Below, in pieces: positions 35,988 to 43,911 of a stretch of 64,000 nucleotides of DNA. The first letter of the stretch is position 1; every line of letters begins with the position of its first letter. Source of the DNA: an uncultured Opitutales bacterium (GTDB lineage Bacteria > Verrucomicrobiota > Verrucomicrobiia > Opitutales > T3Sed10-336). The stretch covers positions 10,673 through 74,672 of the forward strand of contig CAZYAN010000003.1 of the NCBI GenBank assembly GCA_964645585.1, written 5' to 3'. The notes under the pieces are model-generated. The model was not told the origin of the DNA. It did no database searches and worked only from the letters and a program-made list of their open reading frames with translations. The position numbers were made by a program, and so were the translations under genes.

Positions 35988-37243
35988 ACCAGGGATCGTT
36001 GAAGTTCTTGTTTCTTTTGATGCTCCGGGGCATCCCCGACGTCTTCCTCCTGAATTTCGTCCGAGGGTACCGCCAGCTCCTCGATCGAAGCGAGCAATGC
36101 TCCCCATAGTGAAAAGACGAGAGAAAGCGAGGACACCACGTAATACTGACCGGAGAACGAAATAATAATATAGGCTGCAATAAGCCCGATAAAAACACCT
36201 GTAAATTCCCGGGCTAAGGCCGCCCGCCTGACACATCGAAGCCGTCTCCAGTAATCCAGCCAAAGCGCGGGAATGATCGAAAAGTATAGCAGGAATCCAA
36301 TCAGTCCCGCGCTCAGAAGATAAGCGGCATAATCCGTATGAAGGTCCCGAAAATCGCGCGTAACAGAGACGTAGTTGAAGAGCTCTCTTCCGAATAGAAC
36401 TTCTTTAAGCTCCCCGTATCGAACCAGCTCAATTCCATTGATCATCTCCTGAACCCGCCCAATCTGATCCGGGGTATCGGTTTCTCGCATACGATCTTCC
36501 AAAACGCCGTACACGTGATGAATGTAAAGTGGAAGTGTGGCAGCCGCCAGAAGTGCAGCGACCCCGATCGCCCCGAAAACACGCGTCTTTTTAGGCGTGA
36601 ACACCGTATAAATGACCAAACCGGCGAGAAGACCTAAAAGAGCACCTCGACGGCCGATCAGAGCCAGCGGAAAAAGAGCGAATAACATGATTGTCGCCTC
36701 CCACCAGCGGATTCGAAAGGGTTCGTTTCGGTAAAATCCGACGAGCGGAGAAAAGATCAGCAGGTAGGCAATCAAGTAGGTCTGCTGCACATTCCCCGCC
36801 CCAGCTTTGAGACCCTCCTCGTAATAAGGGTTTATCCCGATTCCGAAGATCTGAGCGATGATAAAGTTGATAAAGAACAGTGCGAGGCAGATCGAAACCA
36901 GCTTTGACAGTTTCCTTCTCGCAGCTTCTCCGCGAATATAGTTGTACGCCATCACAAACATCAGCAGACTGATGGCGACTTTCGCGACAACATCGAAGGT
37001 CTTTACGGGTGCCGACGAGAAGGGAACCAGGCAGATTAAATAAACCAGACAAGCGAAAATAGCCGCGGCGGTCCATGTCAGCCGCACTCCGTCGATCATC
37101 AGCAGCGGAATCATTAACGCCATGAGCGCGGCACGCATGATACCAATGTGCAGGTAGTCTGACGTAAAAAAACCCGCCGTCAAAGATACGAGAACATTTA
37201 TTAGTATGATGAACAGGACAATATCCGCTCGCTTGAAGATCAT
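35984..37243 (-). CDS. Wzy-type polymerase / O-antigen ligase family membrane protein
   Basis: About 10-12 TM segments; GRRGALLG, periplasmic loop with GR and LHTDY...GLIG (Wzy_C-like). Confidence 0.78.
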   Translation of the reverse strand: MIFKRADIVLFIILINVLVSLTAGFFTSDYLHIGIMRAALMALMIPLLMIDGVRLTWTAAAIFACLVYLICLVPFSSAPVKTFDVVAKVAISLLMFVMAYNYIRGEAARRKLSKLVSICLALFFINFIIAQIFGIGINPYYEEGLKAGAGNVQQTYLIAYLLIFSPLVGFYRNEPFRIRWWEATIMLFALFPLALIGRRGALLGLLAGLVIYTVFTPKKTRVFGAIGVAALLAAATLPLYIHHVYGVLEDRMRETDTPDQIGRVQEMINGIELVRYGELKEVLFGRELFNYVSVTRDFRDLHTDYAAYLLSAGLIGFLLYFSIIPALWLDYWRRLRCVRRAALAREFTGVFIGLIAAYIIISFSGQYYVVSSLSLVFSLWGALLASIEELAVPSDEIQEEDVGDAPEHQKKQELQRSLV

Positions 37244-38586
37244 TTGGATTCCTCCAGCCTTTCGGCTTGTCTCGCCCCGAGAACAGGCTTGGGTTTACTC
37301 AATCCGCCATCGATCGTATCTGCGGGTCGCCTGATGCGCGAGTAAAGCGAACGGTAAGCTAAATCTATACGATCGCCTGAAAACTTTTCCATAACGCGCT
37401 CGCGAGCGGCCCGTCCGGCCTCCCCAGGAGCATTTCGCTCGATAACGACCGCCCGGAGAAGGCCCGCCGCCAGGACGTCGGCATCCGCCTCCCGCACGAT
37501 GTATCCGGTTTCACCATCTTCAATAATCGCTTCGGTGATTCCGTCGATTGCAAGCGCCACCGGCGGAATCCCTGATGCCATCGCTTCAACAAGTACGTTC
37601 GGGAATCCTTCCTGACGGGACGGAAGAACAAAGAGATCAGCAGCCTGCATATACTCGCTCACGTTCATTCGCCAACCGGGATAAAACAGACGTCCGGCCA
37701 AACTCGTTTCCCGTTCCATCCCCCGGATTTCTTGTTCCCACCTTGCACCTTCATCGCTCTTGTGGGCCGGGCCAACGATCACCAGTCCTATGCGTGAATC
37801 GAGCCCAGCGAGTTTGCGAAAGGCAGGCAGTAAAAGGTCGATGCCTTTTCGCCGCAAAATACCTCCGACAAACAGGATCAACATCAAATCCTCCGGCAAA
37901 CCAAGTTCCCTCCGGCGTTGTTGCTTTCCTTCCGGACCGGCCGGAGAAAATCTTTCCGTGTCGACAGCCCGGGGAATGACGGCCAGCTTCTCGGCTGGAA
38001 TCCCGGAGCGAAGACAGACGCGTTCAAGTGCGGGCGAGAGACAGACGATCGCATCGGCCATCCGGAATTGAAGCATTTTGCGATGATGGAGAATTCGGGC
38101 GCGGTTGTGCGTGACCGAGCCGGGACAATCCCCTCCCAGGAGAGTGATCTCGACAATCAGCTTTTTTCTTAACGCCTTCGCCGCCAGCCCGGCGAAAAGG
38201 GAAAGCCAGGTCGGTGAAAAGCAATGAACAATGGAAAAATTTCGCCGAGTTCGGAAAAGCGTCCAAAAGGTGCGCACACAGCGAATGGTGTTTTCGGCAA
38301 GTAGACGAATGCCGGTTTTGATTCTTCCGGTTCCGCCGAATCCGACATGGACCGTGCTCTTCTGAATAACGTCCATGAGTTCCGCATCGCCGAGATTCCA
38401 GTCCGCCGCTGGCTGGGGTGCTGCTGTCAAAAGAAATGCCAGCTGTCCCTCCCGGTCTAGGCGCTGTGCGTATTTTAAAGCTGAATATCCGGCCCCGGAA
38501 TGGGCAGGCGGAATCATCGATGCCACAACCACCACGCGGTTCGAACAATCTTCGCTGGAATCCGCGGACACGGGAGATTTTTCCAA
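37240..38586 (-). CDS. Glycosyltransferase family 4
   Basis: ILFVGGILRRKGID, ADLFVLPSRQEGFPNVLVEAMASG. Confidence 0.93.
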   Translation of the reverse strand: MEKSPVSADSSEDCSNRVVVVASMIPPAHSGAGYSALKYAQRLDREGQLAFLLTAAPQPAADWNLGDAELMDVIQKSTVHVGFGGTGRIKTGIRLLAENTIRCVRTFWTLFRTRRNFSIVHCFSPTWLSLFAGLAAKALRKKLIVEITLLGGDCPGSVTHNRARILHHRKMLQFRMADAIVCLSPALERVCLRSGIPAEKLAVIPRAVDTERFSPAGPEGKQQRRRELGLPEDLMLILFVGGILRRKGIDLLLPAFRKLAGLDSRIGLVIVGPAHKSDEGARWEQEIRGMERETSLAGRLFYPGWRMNVSEYMQAADLFVLPSRQEGFPNVLVEAMASGIPPVALAIDGITEAIIEDGETGYIVREADADVLAAGLLRAVVIERNAPGEAGRAARERVMEKFSGDRIDLAYRSLYSRIRRPADTIDGGLSKPKPVLGARQAERLEESK

Positions 38587-38639
38587 AGAAAGAGCGATAG
38601 CCCTCGCCTGACTGCAAGGGTCGCTTCATGAAAGGTCAG

Positions 38640-39491
38640 TCAGAACTGGCTCGCCTGCCCCGAAGGAACGGGTTCCAGCAGCGGCGCCTTCAATGCCGCT
38701 TTGGCACGGCTCAGCGCCACGGCATCATCATACAAAACGCGATCTCGCGCGCAGATGCGCAGGATCTCCTCGCGAATCTCCGGAGTAACCAGCTTCTCCC
38801 GCTCCTGCCGGGAAACTGGGCTGCGATTCCTCTGGCCAATCGCAATCTTCAAGCCGGCCTGGATCTCGAGCTGCCGCGCAAGGTTCGCTGTATCTTCAAT
38901 TACCCCGCATATTGAGAATTTCCTTAAATTCTCCCGCGCTCGATCAAAAGCTTCGTCACTGCTATAACAGCCATCCTCGCGAACACCGCCCAGAAACCGG
39001 ACGTAATCAACGCCCAGTCGGCGGCCTTCCGGACTGCGAACGTACGCATCCAGGCTGTCTTGGATCTTCCATGGCGAGTCATCGTCCTTCCGGCTGTTGA
39101 AAAAATAGCTCGATAGAAAGCGCGACACCGGATCGCGAAGAACCGTCATAAACAGGTACCGCTCCCGGTGCCGGTTGTACGCGCGTTCCGAGAAGGCGTA
39201 ATGTCCGCTTACAAAACCTTGGCCTTTTTCTAGTTCATACAGAAGAAGTTCTTCGCGAAAGCGCAGGACCGCGGCATAGTCATCCGCAAACGGATCGTCG
39301 AAGCCATGAATGATCCGCGCCGCATCGAGGGATGCCCGGGCGTTGAGGCGTGAATAGGAGATCAGGTACTTTCGACGGATCGCCTGATTGATCGAGACGC
39401 CGCCGCACTTCGCGATGTGAATGAAGCAGAGCCGCGCCGCCGGTTCGATCAATCCAGCGGACATGCCTTTGAGTTTGCGAAAAATCGTCAT
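38640..39491 (-). CDS. Sulfotransferase family 2 (HS2ST/CHST-like)
   Basis: FIHIAKCGGVSI, FVSGH, TVLRDPVSRFLSSY, DRVLY. Confidence 0.85.
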   Translation of the reverse strand: MTIFRKLKGMSAGLIEPAARLCFIHIAKCGGVSINQAIRRKYLISYSRLNARASLDAARIIHGFDDPFADDYAAVLRFREELLLYELEKGQGFVSGHYAFSERAYNRHRERYLFMTVLRDPVSRFLSSYFFNSRKDDDSPWKIQDSLDAYVRSPEGRRLGVDYVRFLGGVREDGCYSSDEAFDRARENLRKFSICGVIEDTANLARQLEIQAGLKIAIGQRNRSPVSRQEREKLVTPEIREEILRICARDRVLYDDAVALSRAKAALKAPLLEPVPSGQASQF

Positions 39492-39513
39492 GATTATTTG
39501 CGGGGTTTTCCGT

Positions 39514-41337
39514 TCAGCGAGCGTTGACCATCGAGCTGAACGAACCATTCATTTCGAGCAGTTGATCATAGATGCCTTCCTCGACGACATGTCCTTCCTC
39601 CACGACAAAAATCCGGTCGCATGCCTCGACGGTTTTCAACCGGTGGGCGATCAGAATTACCGTTTTCGTCAAAGCGCTGCCATGGATAGCTTCCATCACT
39701 CGGTTCTCAGTCAATTCATCAAGAGCACTGGTCGCCTCGTCGAAGATGAGAACTTCCGGATCATGATAGAGTGCCCGTGCGATCCCAAGCCGTTGACGCT
39801 GGCCGCCGCTCAATCGAACTCCGCGCTCGCCGGCAACCGTCTCATATCCATTTAGCGTCTCGTTTTGAATGAAGTCGTGAATCTGCGCCGCCTTTGCCGC
39901 ACGAACGACCGCATCCATATCGATTTCGCTGGCCGGCAAGCCAAAGGCGATGTTCTCCGCAATGGATGTATCCGACAGGAAAATATGTTGCGGAACGTAG
40001 CCAATCTTTCGGCGCCAAGCGGAGAGGTTCTGTTCATCGAGCCGAACTCCGTCGATCAGAATCTGTCCCTCCCGCGGAAAGAACAAGCCGAGCAAAAGAT
40101 CGACAATCGTGCTCTTCCCCGAACCCGTGGGGCCGCAAAATGCCACCACACTGCGACACGGAATCGTAAAACTAATAGCACAGGCCGCGGGACGATCCCC
40201 GCCTGGATAGACAAATGTCACATTCTCGAATTGAATCTCTCGTTCGAACGCCAACGGCACTTCGTCTTTCGTTTCTTTCCGCGACGGAGTCAGTTGTTGC
40301 GGAGAACTTTCAGCAATGTTCTTGGCGTCACGGTGAAGGTCCGCCACCAGCGTCTGGTGGAAACGCAATGTCGCAAGCGAGGCGAAACAATGTTGAAGAG
40401 CCGGCATCAAGCGGTACCCGGCAAACGCATACATACTGAGTACGGGAATGACGCGCGAGAATTGATCCCGCGTGAACACAAGGTAAAGCACCAAGACAAC
40501 CAGCCCGCCAAACGCCAGCAGCTCCAGGAGGTAACGCGGCAGCCCTTTAATCAGCATCGCCGTGACCATGTATCGACTGAACCGCCGCGTCGGCCGGTCG
40601 TACTCCTCAACAAAGAAGCCTTCGCGTTCAAAGGTCTTCATTTCCTTGAACGCGCCAAACCCTTCCTGGACGGCTTTGAATCGAAGCTTGTTGGCACCGT
40701 TCCGTTTCTCGCCGATTACCGCCAGACGCGAACGAAGCGTCACGTAAATCACACTGTAAGTGCCGCCGAGAAGAAGAGTCGATACAATCGCTGTCTTCCA
40801 ATCGACGACGACGATCAGGATTAGCAGACAGATTGCCGTTGTCCCTTTGACCAGCAGTTCGACGAGCGGCTGAAGGAAATGCTTGGTAAACCGCTCGACC
40901 TCGCTGAGGATATTTTTGCCCGCGTCAGCACTCCCGTGAGCGACAAACCACAGATACGGACGGGCGAGATACTTCGTCAGGAGTTTGCGCGAAAGCATCG
41001 AATTGACTTCCCAAATGAACCGGCTGCTCAGCCAGACGCCCAGGGCGGAAGATGCGTTCGTCGCGACGAGGGCAAGGAGAACAATTGCTCCCAGAAGAAC
41101 AAGGAAGCCTTTCTCCTCGAGTCCAGAGGCATTGTACACCCATTGAAGATAGACATTGCGGTCGATCATCCCCGGGTCGGCCACAACGGCCATGAAAGGC
41201 ATGATCGAGGTGACGGCCCCCATTTGCATCAGCCCGATCCAGAGCATCACACCGATCAGCACAAGCGCCCGGCGGCGTTGCGAACGCGTCAGAAGGTCAT
41301 ATACTTGAAGAAGTGTCGCGTGCATAGATTTCAGCAA
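39514..41337 (-). CDS. ABC exporter, PglK/Wzk-like lipid-linked glycan flippase (TMD-NBD fusion)
   Basis: TM domain with YRLMPA; GPTGSGKST, LSGGQRQRLGIARALY, LIFDEATSALD, IAHRL. Confidence 0.88.
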   Translation of the reverse strand: MLKSMHATLLQVYDLLTRSQRRRALVLIGVMLWIGLMQMGAVTSIMPFMAVVADPGMIDRNVYLQWVYNASGLEEKGFLVLLGAIVLLALVATNASSALGVWLSSRFIWEVNSMLSRKLLTKYLARPYLWFVAHGSADAGKNILSEVERFTKHFLQPLVELLVKGTTAICLLILIVVVDWKTAIVSTLLLGGTYSVIYVTLRSRLAVIGEKRNGANKLRFKAVQEGFGAFKEMKTFEREGFFVEEYDRPTRRFSRYMVTAMLIKGLPRYLLELLAFGGLVVLVLYLVFTRDQFSRVIPVLSMYAFAGYRLMPALQHCFASLATLRFHQTLVADLHRDAKNIAESSPQQLTPSRKETKDEVPLAFEREIQFENVTFVYPGGDRPAACAISFTIPCRSVVAFCGPTGSGKSTIVDLLLGLFFPREGQILIDGVRLDEQNLSAWRRKIGYVPQHIFLSDTSIAENIAFGLPASEIDMDAVVRAAKAAQIHDFIQNETLNGYETVAGERGVRLSGGQRQRLGIARALYHDPEVLIFDEATSALDELTENRVMEAIHGSALTKTVILIAHRLKTVEACDRIFVVEEGHVVEEGIYDQLLEMNGSFSSMVNAR

Positions 41338-41412
41338 TCCAACCCAATTTCAGAGCGACGCGGGTAAGCTTCGCCCCGTCACGTCCCCAGCGGGAAGATC
41401 AGTCGGGTTCCC

Positions 41413-41443
41413 AAAAAAGCTGCCGGGAAGAGGCCTTCCCGGT
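41413..41443 (-). terminator. Intrinsic terminator upstream of the first polysaccharide gene
   Basis: Minus strand CCGGGAAG-GCCT-CTTCCCGG-CAGC-TTTTTT. Confidence 0.7.
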
Positions 41444-41485
41444 CATGGCAGGAAGAGTATAAATCACGGCATTCGCACCTGCTAT

Positions 41486-41630
41486 CAGGCGGCTCCCCGT
41501 TCAGTCATTGAGGTTTGCATCCGGGCAGCTTAATGTTTTTTCGGGCCTCGACCGGCAAGCAGCCTGAATCAAGGTAAGCGCAAACCTTAGTCGGTTTTTC
41601 TGGATTGCCGGGTGGACACGGATCCGCCCT
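41486..41630 (-). ncRNA. Candidate structured RNA / leader (long irregular rod)
   Basis: Three nested helices read by eye: GGGCGGATCC/GGAGCCGCCT, AGGTTTGCG/TGCAAACCT, TTCAGGCTGCTTG/TAAGCTGCCCGGA. No family assigned. Confidence 0.4.
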
Positions 41631-41875
41631 TTCAGGGGGGTAACTGGGCCCCATCACTCCCAAGAAATCTCGGGATTCGGGGACAAGAAACCAGCGAAGG
41701 AAGCTGGATTCGAGAAGCCGGCAAGATTCCAGCAGGAACGCGTCACAAATATTTCAATACAATCACGCCCGAGAATCGAAGCGCGTTGCCGATGGTGACG
41801 GCCAGCAAACGTCATCCGGCCGCGGTACTGGCTGTTTGCGGATGAAAGCACCAGGCAGTGCCTGGTAACCGATCG

Positions 41876-43645
41876 CTAGGACCTCAAATGTTCCGCGATA
41901 ATTTCCGCAATCCGCTGAGGCCCCTGGGCGACCGGCGCCTTCTCGACGTCACCGCCCGCTCGGAGCTTGAGTTCAACGATTCCTTCCTTGAGACCGCGCC
42001 CGCCGACAGTCACGCGCAAAGGGATCCCGATCAGGTCGGCGTCTTTGAATTTTACTCCGGGCCGTTCTTCGCGATCATCGATTAGCACCTCCGCGCCGGC
42101 GTCCTTTGCGGCACGCGCAAGTCCAAGACCTGTCTCGCGAACGGTTTCGTCAGACGGATCGAGAAGAACAATCTCCACATGGTACGGTGCGACGCTCCAG
42201 GGCCAGATAATGCCGTCGGCGTCATGACATTGCTCGATCACCGCTTGAAAGGTTCGGCTGATTCCGATGCCGTAACAGCCCATCACGATCGGCCTGGCCT
42301 GTCCGGACTCGTCGGTATAGGTCGCCTCAAAAGCTTCGGTATATTTGGTGCCAAGCTTGAAAATGTGACCGACCTCGATGGCGCGGCGAATTTGCAGCGG
42401 CTTCCCCGAAAGCGGACACGGCTCGCCCGCCTGCACGCTCCGGAAATCGCCAAATCGGGTGATCGCGAGGTCGCGTTTCACATTAACGTTGCGCACATGG
42501 AAGCCGTCCTTGTTGGCGCCGGTCACGCCGTTGCCAATCAGCCGAATTGTTTCGTCGGCAAACACGCCGGCCAACTTATCCGGATTTCGAATCGTTCCGC
42601 GAATGGCCCCCAGGCTTCCAGGCTGCGCGCCCATCACGTCAATCACTTCCTCCGGAGTCGCCGGACGGAACAGCGAGAATCCGAGCGAGCCGAGTTTTGC
42701 CTCCTCCAGCTCGTCCTGACCGCGCAAGATAATCACGACCGGTTTGCCGTCGCAGATATACACGAGCGTCTTAAACTGCTCCCCCGCCGGAATATGATAC
42801 GGCGCTTCCTCGAGACCGGCGATCGTTGTCACTCCGGGTGTCGCAAACTCTTCGAGTTCACCCACCGGTTCCGCATCCGCGAACTCTTCGGGCATCAAAC
42901 CGCTTCGCGCCTTTTCGCGATTGGCCGAGTAACCGCTTTCTTCGCAGTAAACAACATCGTCATCGCCGATCTCCGCGGGCACCATAAATTCATGGGAGAA
43001 GCTCCCGCCCATAACGCCAGTGTCCGCTTCGACCATGACAAAGCGCAAACCGCACCGGCTGAAGAACGCTTCGTAGGCACTCCGCATCGCATGATACACC
43101 TCCGTCGCGCCTTCATCAGTCGCGTCGAAGCTGTATCCGTCCTTCATCAAAAACTCCCGTGCCCGCATCAGGCCAAACCGCGGCCGGATCTCGTTTCGAA
43201 ATTTTGTCTGAATCTGGTAAACGTTTTTCGGAAGGTCGCGATAGCTCGTAATTTCGTGACCGATCAGCGGAGTTACAATCTCTTCATGAGTCGGCCCGAG
43301 CACCTGCTGAATTTCGTGGGCCTTCCGTCCCTCGCCTTCCGCACTGGCATCGCTCACCGCATACATAACTTCCCGCGCCGCGTCCCAGCGCGGACCGCGC
43401 TGCCAGAAGTCGACTGGATGCAAAGCCGGCATCAGCAATTCCGTCGCTCCGGCCCGATTCATTTCTTCGCGGCAAATCTTCTCAATCTTCCGCAGAACGC
43501 GAAGGCCGAGTGGAAGATAGGCATACACCCCCGCCCCGATTTTCCGGATTAGACCCGCCCGCAACAACAGCTTGTGCGAGGCGATTTCCGCGTCAGCGGG
43601 ACTTTCCTTTAAAGTCGGGATCAAGTTCTTGGACCAGAATTCCAT
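41876..43645 (-). CDS. proS: Proline--tRNA ligase (bacterial type with INS editing domain)
   Basis: PTLKESPADAEIASHKLLLRAG, LGPTHEE, KFRNEIRPRFGLMRAREF, IEVGHIFKLG, MGCYGIG, KFKDADLIG. Confidence 0.97.
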   Translation of the reverse strand: MEFWSKNLIPTLKESPADAEIASHKLLLRAGLIRKIGAGVYAYLPLGLRVLRKIEKICREEMNRAGATELLMPALHPVDFWQRGPRWDAAREVMYAVSDASAEGEGRKAHEIQQVLGPTHEEIVTPLIGHEITSYRDLPKNVYQIQTKFRNEIRPRFGLMRAREFLMKDGYSFDATDEGATEVYHAMRSAYEAFFSRCGLRFVMVEADTGVMGGSFSHEFMVPAEIGDDDVVYCEESGYSANREKARSGLMPEEFADAEPVGELEEFATPGVTTIAGLEEAPYHIPAGEQFKTLVYICDGKPVVIILRGQDELEEAKLGSLGFSLFRPATPEEVIDVMGAQPGSLGAIRGTIRNPDKLAGVFADETIRLIGNGVTGANKDGFHVRNVNVKRDLAITRFGDFRSVQAGEPCPLSGKPLQIRRAIEVGHIFKLGTKYTEAFEATYTDESGQARPIVMGCYGIGISRTFQAVIEQCHDADGIIWPWSVAPYHVEIVLLDPSDETVRETGLGLARAAKDAGAEVLIDDREERPGVKFKDADLIGIPLRVTVGGRGLKEGIVELKLRAGGDVEKAPVAQGPQRIAEIIAEHLRS

Positions 43646-43911
43646 CGGTAAAATGGTTGAGTGACAAAAATGAAGATAAAGAGCCAAGCATGCGCGCAAC
43701 ACCGAAGGCGACGCAAAAGTAAACTGGCGCTGAAGATTCCCAAGTGGAAGGTGAAACGAAAAGGCGAGAACGACAAGCCGCCGGCTTTGCCCCGCTTGGG
43801 AGCCGTGCAGTGGCGTAGCTGGCTGATTCCGGCGACTGCCGGTCGCTTCTCCGCCGTCCAGAGGGTAAACTGTTGCGGCGTCGTTGCTGGTTCTCTACCC
43901 ATTGAGCCTGC

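Larger units (their letters stand above)
12719..41337 (-). other. Capsular/exopolysaccharide biosynthesis locus (22 co-oriented genes)
   Basis: Co-directional genes with many overlapping ATGA/GTGA/TTGA junctions; Wzc, Wzy, flippase, GTs, nucleotide-sugar and modification enzymes; bounded by terminators. Confidence 0.92.

Noticed and set aside
35988-36263. Long N-terminal extensions in the ORF track (sulfotransferase, wbpA, wbpB, exoD, sdhB, amidase, gpmI)
   Set aside because: They overlap neighbouring genes or lack homology; downstream starts, often coupled to the upstream stop, fit better.
41460-41740. Cobalamin or c-di-GMP riboswitch, group II intron domain V, or ops/JUMPstart element
   Set aside because: Only short partial resemblances; the core consensus elements could not be matched.
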